Assembly (NCBI GenBank): GCA_040757835.1
Contig: JBFLWJ010000002.1
Span: 127,498 to 191,497 of the forward strand
From: Actinomycetota bacterium
GTDB taxonomy: Bacteria > Actinomycetota > Geothermincolia > Geothermincolales > RBG-13-55-18
DNA length: 64,000 nucleotides
Reading direction: 5' to 3'
Below, one piece after another: positions 58,489 to 64,000 of the stretch (its first letter is position 1; each line of letters opens with the position of its first letter). A program made the position numbers and the translations under genes. The notes beneath the pieces are model-generated. The model saw only the letters and a program-made list of their open reading frames with translations. It made no database searches and was not told the DNA's origin.

Positions 58489-58608
58489 CTCCGCCCCCGT
58501 CCTTTCAAGCACGACCGGTGACATCAACATCAATAGTAAGTATATACGTTTCGCCCGCATGGAGCATCGGCGGTATGGTGAACGCCGGCGCCGCGGCGCA
58601 GAGCCCGT

Positions 58609-59607
58609 TCACTCTTCAAGCATGGAGACGAAGCTCTCGAGACGCGTCGCGGTCCTTGCGTCTATGGCATCGCAGCGGTCCAACTCCAGGGTGAGCACGG
58701 GGACGTCCAGGCGCCTGCGGATGATGATGTCCTCTACCTGGCGGAAACAGAAGCTCTGCACGTAGTGGATCACCCCGTCAAGGTGCCGTCGCTCCACCTC
58801 GCGTTCGATGTCCTCCAGGCGGTAGAAGACGGAGTAGGGATAACTGTAGAGCCGGTACTTCTCCACCAGGTCCGGGGCGCAGGATGGCAGGCTGAACTGG
58901 CGCTGCGTCTCGTTGAATATCACCCGCGCGCCCAGGGCTTCCAGGTGGTCATAGAGCTCCGGCGCTATGGGCGGCACCCCCAGGTATCCCAGTCGCACCA
59001 TATCCGCGGCGCGGCGCCAGGATACGTCCCGCGCCCGTTCCCTCGCCGTCACCAGGAACTCTTCCAGCTTCGCCCCGAAGGCGTCGGGATCACCCTCCAT
59101 GTCACTGCAGCTCACCAGGTAGAGGTGGTTCTCGAAACCGCTCACCAGGCCTTCCTCCCAGGTCAGGCGGTCTATCTCGTGGGCCTTGCAGCGGACTGCA
59201 TCCAACTTCTCCATGGCCGCCCGAACCGCCGTCTCGTCCGTCTCCAGGCGTTGAATGAAAACGTCCATCTGTGCCCGCAACAGCCCGTGGTCGCGCTCGT
59301 AGGGATAGGCGAAGGGTATCACCTCCAGCCCCTCGGACTGCAGCGTCTCCATGAGGGCGTGGGTATTGGAGCAATCCCCCTGGGTCACGGCGACCACGGC
59401 CGCCATGTCCTGCGTCTTCTTCACCACGCCATAGATGCCCTTGGTCCATGCGCAGAAAGAGCGTGGGAACCCGACGGTCTCGGCGTCCTCTATCAGCCCC
59501 TCACGGTCGCCATGGGAGACGAAGGCGTTGTTGAGGTCCACCGGCACATGTCCCGCCGCGTAGATGACCTCTATGGGTACGGTAGTGGTTATTCCTATCT
59601 TTGCCAT
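58609..59607 (-). CDS. 2-hydroxyacyl-CoA dehydratase (HGD-D) family protein
   Basis: 'MAKIGITTTVPIEVIYAAGHVPVDLNN' N-terminus and conserved Cys pattern typical of the HgdB/BcrB-like family. No activase gene in the window. The long N-terminal extension in the track is probably non-coding. Confidence 0.55.
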   Translation of the reverse strand: MAKIGITTTVPIEVIYAAGHVPVDLNNAFVSHGDREGLIEDAETVGFPRSFCAWTKGIYGVVKKTQDMAAVVAVTQGDCSNTHALMETLQSEGLEVIPFAYPYERDHGLLRAQMDVFIQRLETDETAVRAAMEKLDAVRCKAHEIDRLTWEEGLVSGFENHLYLVSCSDMEGDPDAFGAKLEEFLVTARERARDVSWRRAADMVRLGYLGVPPIAPELYDHLEALGARVIFNETQRQFSLPSCAPDLVEKYRLYSYPYSVFYRLEDIEREVERRHLDGVIHYVQSFCFRQVEDIIIRRRLDVPVLTLELDRCDAIDARTATRLESFVSMLEE

Positions 59608-59850
59608 GCAAGCTCCCGCTACGTGTCCGTGCCAGGCCCGGACAAAACGTCTATCAACCAATAAAAACAACACGGTCTGCTGTTTTGTCCAGGCGCTGGA
59701 CGCCGTCGTGATAATGACGCGATTGTCGAAACGTGGCACACAATCGAGCTTGCCACGTCGGCTGCCTCCTCGCAAAAAAATCTTTCCGTGTCGTAAAAAG
59801 ACCGGCTCGCGCGATGCAAACAATCGTAGCTTGGCCTGATGGCATGAAAA

Positions 59851-59880
59851 AGGGGCGCCCGCAGGCGCCCCTTTTCGTTC
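59851..59880. terminator. bidirectional intrinsic terminator
   Basis: GGGGCGCC-CGCA-GGCGCCCC flanked by A-run (5') and TTTTCG (3'), immediately downstream of the acyl-CoA dehydrogenase stop. Confidence 0.6.
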
Positions 59881-59884
59881 GTGG

Positions 59885-61054
59885 CTACCCCCAGGGGTAG
59901 GTGTCGGTGACACCCATGAGGTTGGCGCCGATGACCAGGCGCTGGATCTGGGCCGTGCCCTCGTAGATCTGCATGATCTTCGCGTCGCGCATCAGCTTCT
60001 CCACCAGGTATTCCTTCATGTAGCCGTAGCCGCCGTGCACCTGCACCGCGTTCACGGTCACTTCCATGCACATGTCGCCGCAGAAGGCCTTGGCGTAGGA
60101 TGACTCGAGCGAGCACGGCAGGCCTTTGTAAGCCTTCCAGGCCGCTAGCTGGTAGAGGCGCCTTCCCGCCTCGACCTTCATGGCCATCTCGGCCAGCATG
60201 AAGTTGATGGACTGCTGGGCGATGATGGGACGCCCGAACTGGACCCTCTCCTTCGAGTACTTGAGGGCTTCCTCGAAGGCGGCGCGCGCCACGCCGGTGG
60301 CCAGGGCGGCCACGCTGGCACGGGTCAGGTCCAGGGTGGTCATGACGTTGTAGAAACCCTGCCCCATGGGCACGAAGAGGTTCTCCTTAGGCACCTTGAC
60401 GTTGTCGAAGATGACCTCGGAGGTGTCCGAGGCCCGGATGCCCATCTTGTCCTCGTGCTTGCCCACGGAGACGCCGTCGTATGAGCGCTCCACTATCACC
60501 GCGCCGATACCACCGTACTTCTTCTCCTTGTCGAAGGTGCAGAAGACGGAATAGAAGTCGGCGATGCCGCCGTTGGTTATGAAGCACTTCTGCCCGTTGA
60601 GCAGGTAATGGTCACCCTCCTCCTTGATGACGGTGGAGAGGGCCGCCGCGTCCGATCCCGCTCCCGGCTCGGTGAGGCAGAAAGCCGCGAACTTGGGGTC
60701 ATCGGGGTCGCAGAGGCGCGGGAAGTATTCCTTCTTCTGCTCCTCGTTTGCGGCGATGACCATGGGCGTCGTGGCCAGACTGTTAGCACCCAGGGTGGTG
60801 GCGATACCGGCGCATCCCCAGGCGAGCTCCTCGCTGACCATAGAGGCCGTGATCTGGTCCAGCCCGCCTCCGCCGTACTCCTCCGGGATGGCCATGGCCG
60901 TAAGGCCGGCCGCAGCGGCCTTCTTCACCAGGCTGTCGGGAACTTTGCCTTCCTTGTCGCAATCCAGGGCGACGGGCCGCATCTCGTTGAGCGCGAAATC
61001 GTGCGCCATCTTGACGGCTGCTTTTTGCTCCTCGGTGAGTTCGAAATCTACCAT
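59885..61054 (-). CDS. acyl-CoA dehydrogenase
   Basis: 389 aa with ACAD N, middle and C domains and C-terminal catalytic 'YEGTAQIQRLVI' motif. Confidence 0.9.
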   Translation of the reverse strand: MVDFELTEEQKAAVKMAHDFALNEMRPVALDCDKEGKVPDSLVKKAAAAGLTAMAIPEEYGGGGLDQITASMVSEELAWGCAGIATTLGANSLATTPMVIAANEEQKKEYFPRLCDPDDPKFAAFCLTEPGAGSDAAALSTVIKEEGDHYLLNGQKCFITNGGIADFYSVFCTFDKEKKYGGIGAVIVERSYDGVSVGKHEDKMGIRASDTSEVIFDNVKVPKENLFVPMGQGFYNVMTTLDLTRASVAALATGVARAAFEEALKYSKERVQFGRPIIAQQSINFMLAEMAMKVEAGRRLYQLAAWKAYKGLPCSLESSYAKAFCGDMCMEVTVNAVQVHGGYGYMKEYLVEKLMRDAKIMQIYEGTAQIQRLVIGANLMGVTDTYPWG

Positions 61055-61153
61055 AAAAGAACCTCCTTACCTCTTCGAACTCCAGCGGAATCTGGGTCTC
61101 CGATTCCCTTCGGTCTGAACTGTCCCGACCATCTATATCATCGAGTATGCCTC

Positions 61154-61945
61154 TTACTTCCCTACGAACTTGGCCTTGCCCGGGCCCTCCTCCAGGAAAG
61201 TGCGCATACCTATTTTCTGGTCCTCGGAGGCGAAGCAGAGGGTGATGCCGTGCCCCTCGATGATCAGCCCCTCCTCGATGGAGCATTCCATTCCCTTGTT
61301 GATGGCCTTCTTGGCCATGGCCAAGGCCACCGCCGGACCGTTGGCGTACTTTGAGGCCACTTTCTGGGCTTCGGCGATGACCGAATCCTCTCCCGTTACC
61401 ACCTTCTGCACCAGCCCCATCTCCAGGCACTCCTGGGCGCTGTAGATGCGGCCGCTGTAGATCATCTCCTTGGCCTTGGCGGGTCCGATGAGCCGCGGCA
61501 GCCTCTGGGTCCCCCCGGCGCCGGGGATGATGCCCAGGAGTATCTCGGGCTGGCCGATCTTCGCGTTTTCGTGGGCGAAGCGCCAGTCCGCGCAGATGAT
61601 CATCTCGCAACCGCCCCCCAGGGCGAACCCGTTGACGGCCGCGATGACCGGTTTGGGGATGTTCTCGACCTTGGTGAAGCTCTCCTGCAGTCTGCCCACG
61701 TACTTGCCCACGACCACCGGGTTCATCTCCACCATCATCTTGATGTCCGCCCCAGCCGCGAAATGTTTCTCTCCGCCCGTGATCACCACGGCCCTCACGC
61801 CGTCGTCCATGGCCAGCTCATCGGCGCACTGACCTATCTCCAGGGCCACCTCGGCATCGATGGGGTTTACGGGAGGGTTGTTGAGGGTCATCGTGGCCAC
61901 CCCGTCCACGACATCTACCTTTACCAGCTTATAGTCGTACGCCAT
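61154..61945 (-). CDS. enoyl-CoA hydratase/isomerase (crotonase family)
   Basis: Oxyanion-hole 'AAVNGFALGGGCE' motif, 263 aa. Confidence 0.9.
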   Translation of the reverse strand: MAYDYKLVKVDVVDGVATMTLNNPPVNPIDAEVALEIGQCADELAMDDGVRAVVITGGEKHFAAGADIKMMVEMNPVVVGKYVGRLQESFTKVENIPKPVIAAVNGFALGGGCEMIICADWRFAHENAKIGQPEILLGIIPGAGGTQRLPRLIGPAKAKEMIYSGRIYSAQECLEMGLVQKVVTGEDSVIAEAQKVASKYANGPAVALAMAKKAINKGMECSIEEGLIIEGHGITLCFASEDQKIGMRTFLEEGPGKAKFVGK

Positions 61946-62256
61946 ACGCCACCTCTCTTTTCCGTGAGTTATCGGCCTTCAGGATAAGAACCTGGGTTTA
62001 CGGTTCTCACCTCCTCCTTTAAATCCGGGGCTTCCCGGCGTCTGCGTCCTAGGGTGAGAATCCCATCCCTCGGAGTCAAGATGCGGGTGGGGGGCCGCTT
62101 TTCAATACCGGCCCCTACCTGCAGGCGAACCTTAACCAGATTATCACCAACCCCATGGACAGTCAACAAAGCCGCGCTCCCGGAAATACATATAGACCCA
62201 GCTCATCAGGGGGTTCCGGTGCCCCGAAAAGCTATGAACACGGTACCGGGACCTTC

Positions 62257-62285
62257 TTGAGGGAAGGCCTCTTTACATATATAAT
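62257..62285 (+). promoter_or_regulatory. candidate sigma70 promoter (TTGAGG-17 nt-TATAAT) for the Na/Pi transporter gene
   Basis: Spacing and hexamers read from sequence, about 60 nt upstream of the ATG at 62344. Confidence 0.4.
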
Positions 62286-62343
62286 CTCGCCTCGGAAAGG
62301 AGCATAACGCGGGGAGTCGAAGTAAGGACCATGGTGATATCCC

Positions 62344-64000
62344 ATGACTCTTGAGGCCACCTCCATCTGGTTCGGGATAATCGTGCTCTTCGGGGGTCTG
62401 GGCCTCTTCCTTTACGGCATGATCCTCATGAACGAGGGGCTGCAGCTGGCGGCGGGAGACCGTCTGCGCCGGCTTCTGGAGACCGTCACCAGGAACCGCT
62501 TCCGTGGCCTGGCCACGGGCACGGCGGTCACCGCCATCATCCAGAGCTCCTCGGCGACCACGGTCATGCTGGTAGGGTTCGTCAACGCCGGCCTCATGAC
62601 CTTCACCTCGACCCTGGGGGTCATCCTGGGGGCGGATATCGGCACCACCATCACCGCCCAGATCGTCGCCTTCAACATGATCCTCTACCTCTCATTCCCC
62701 TGCATCGGCGTCGGCCTCTTGATGTTCATGGTGGGAAGCCGCCGGGTGGTCAAATACAGCGGCGAGGTCGTCCTCGGTTTCGGCCTGCTCTTCCTGGGCA
62801 TGGAGGTGATGAAGGGCGCCATGGCCCCGCTGAAGAACTCAGGCACCTTCGAGAGCTGGATCACCACCCTGGGCAGCAACTGGTTCCTGGGATTGCTGCT
62901 GGGCATCATCATAACCAGTATCGTACAGAGCTCCTCGGCGACCACCTCGCTGGTGGTGGCCATGGGCGCAACAGGCGTGCTCAGCCTGGGCGGCGCCGAC
63001 CCTCTGCGTATCGCCATACCCATCATCCTGGGCTGCAACATCGGCACCTGCATCACCGCCTGGATCGCCAGCATCGGCACCAGCCTCCCCGCCAAGCGGG
63101 TAGCCTGGGCGCACTACCTCTTCAAGATCGTAGCGGTCATCATAGTCCTGCCCTTCCTGGGCTGGTACCCGACCCTGGTGCGCTGGGTCAGCGAGGGACT
63201 GGGCGCCAGCCCGGACAACATCGGGCGCCAGATCGCCTGGGCCCACACCATCTTCAACGTCATCCTGGCCCTGGCCTGGCTGCCGTGGCTGACCCCCTTC
63301 GCGGGCTTGATCAAGAAGATCAAGCGCGGCGCCGAGCCGGAGATAGAGCGCGACCCCCTCTTCCTCGACCCGCGTATCTTCCACAGCCCCTCCATGGCCC
63401 TGGAGATGGCCCGCAAGGAGATCACCCGCATGGGCCGCATCACCCTGGACATGCTCCGCACCAGCATGGGCTATCTGAAGAAACTGGACCGCGGAGGCAA
63501 GAAGCAACTGCTGGAGATGGAGTCCATCGTGGACGGGCTGGCCAACTCCATCACCGAGTACCTCTCCAAGCTGTCACAGGAGTTGTTGACCGACGAACAA
63601 TCGGAGCAGCTGGTGGGGTTCATGCACGCCGTCAACGATATCGAGCGCATCGGAGACCATGCCGAGAACATCATGTACCTGGCGGTGAACAGGTCGGAGA
63701 GCGGCGAGGGCTTCACGGAATCAGCCACCGTGGAGCTGGACGAGCTGGCCACCACCACCCTGGAGATGTACGGCGGCATCGTCGATGCCTTCGAGGTCCA
63801 GGACCAGGAAGCGGCGCGACATTTCCAGAACCTCGAGCACCAGGTCGACGAGATGGCCTCGAGGTTCCGCGGCAACCACCTCAAACGCCTCAACCGCGGG
63901 GAATGCAACGGGACCGTGGGGGTCATCTACCTGGACGCCCTGAGCAACCTGGAGCGTGTAGGCGACCTGGCCAACAACGTGGGGCACGTCACCACCGGGG
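62344..64000 (+). CDS. Na+/phosphate cotransporter (NptA/YjbB family) with C-terminal PhoU-like domain, 3'-partial (runs off window)
   Basis: Hand translation: 'MTLEATSIWFGIIVLFGGLGLFLYGMILMNEGL…IIQSSSATTVMLVGF…' with duplicated QSSSATT Na/Pi signature and PhoU-like helices. No stop before position 64000, so it is absent from the ORF track. Confidence 0.8.
   Translation, partial: MTLEATSIWFGIIVLFGGLGLFLYGMILMNEGLQLAAGDRLRRLLETVTRNRFRGLATGTAVTAIIQSSSATTVMLVGFVNAGLMTFTSTLGVILGADIGTTITAQIVAFNMILYLSFPCIGVGLLMFMVGSRRVVKYSGEVVLGFGLLFLGMEVMKGAMAPLKNSGTFESWITTLGSNWFLGLLLGIIITSIVQSSSATTSLVVAMGATGVLSLGGADPLRIAIPIILGCNIGTCITAWIASIGTSLPAKRVAWAHYLFKIVAVIIVLPFLGWYPTLVRWVSEGLGASPDNIGRQIAWAHTIFNVILALAWLPWLTPFAGLIKKIKRGAEPEIERDPLFLDPRIFHSPSMALEMARKEITRMGRITLDMLRTSMGYLKKLDRGGKKQLLEMESIVDGLANSITEYLSKLSQELLTDEQSEQLVGFMHAVNDIERIGDHAENIMYLAVNRSESGEGFTESATVELDELATTTLEMYGGIVDAFEVQDQEAARHFQNLEHQVDEMASRFRGNHLKRLNRGECNGTVGVIYLDALSNLERVGDLANNVGHVTTG

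Noticed and set aside
1-64000. CRISPR arrays, rRNA genes, additional tRNAs
   Set aside because: No direct-repeat/spacer architecture was found. The only T-arm-like GTTCGAATC box belongs to the single tRNA-Arg.

Overview
High-GC, gene-dense bacterial chromosome segment, mostly minus-strand, with Actinobacteria-like synteny: PIM-lipid module (pgsA-like, HtrB-like acyltransferase, pimA-like GT4), then proS–ispG–rseP–dxr, cdsA–frr–pyrH–tsf–rpsB, FliA/WhiG sigma factor, xerC–dprA–comM–yraN–rnhB–lepB–rplS–trmD–rimM–KH–rpsP–ffh, ftsY–smc, degV–rnc–plsX–rpmF–yceD, coaD–rsmD, recG–DAK2–asp23, rpmB, a TPP-riboswitch-controlled thiE–thiC–thiL–thiD operon, tRNA-Arg(CCG), an MBL/HNH/DUF cluster next to queE–orf–queC–queD, and beta-oxidation-type genes. 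No rRNA and no CRISPR. The housekeeping backbone is interrupted by two low-GC patches carrying transposase remnants (ISLre2-like, IS1634-like) and a surface-protein gene broken by an in-frame TAA. Most unusual observations: a ~100-bp near-perfect palindrome between the sortase-like gene and rsmD; coaD apparently starting at an SD-preceded ATA codon; and preQ0 biosynthesis genes with no folE, queF or tgt in the window, embedded among HNH/MBL/DUF genes. Coordinates I derived by hand from the sequence lines may be off by 1–3 nt. Many ORF-track N-termini look over-extended and I trimmed them where motif and overlap evidence allowed.
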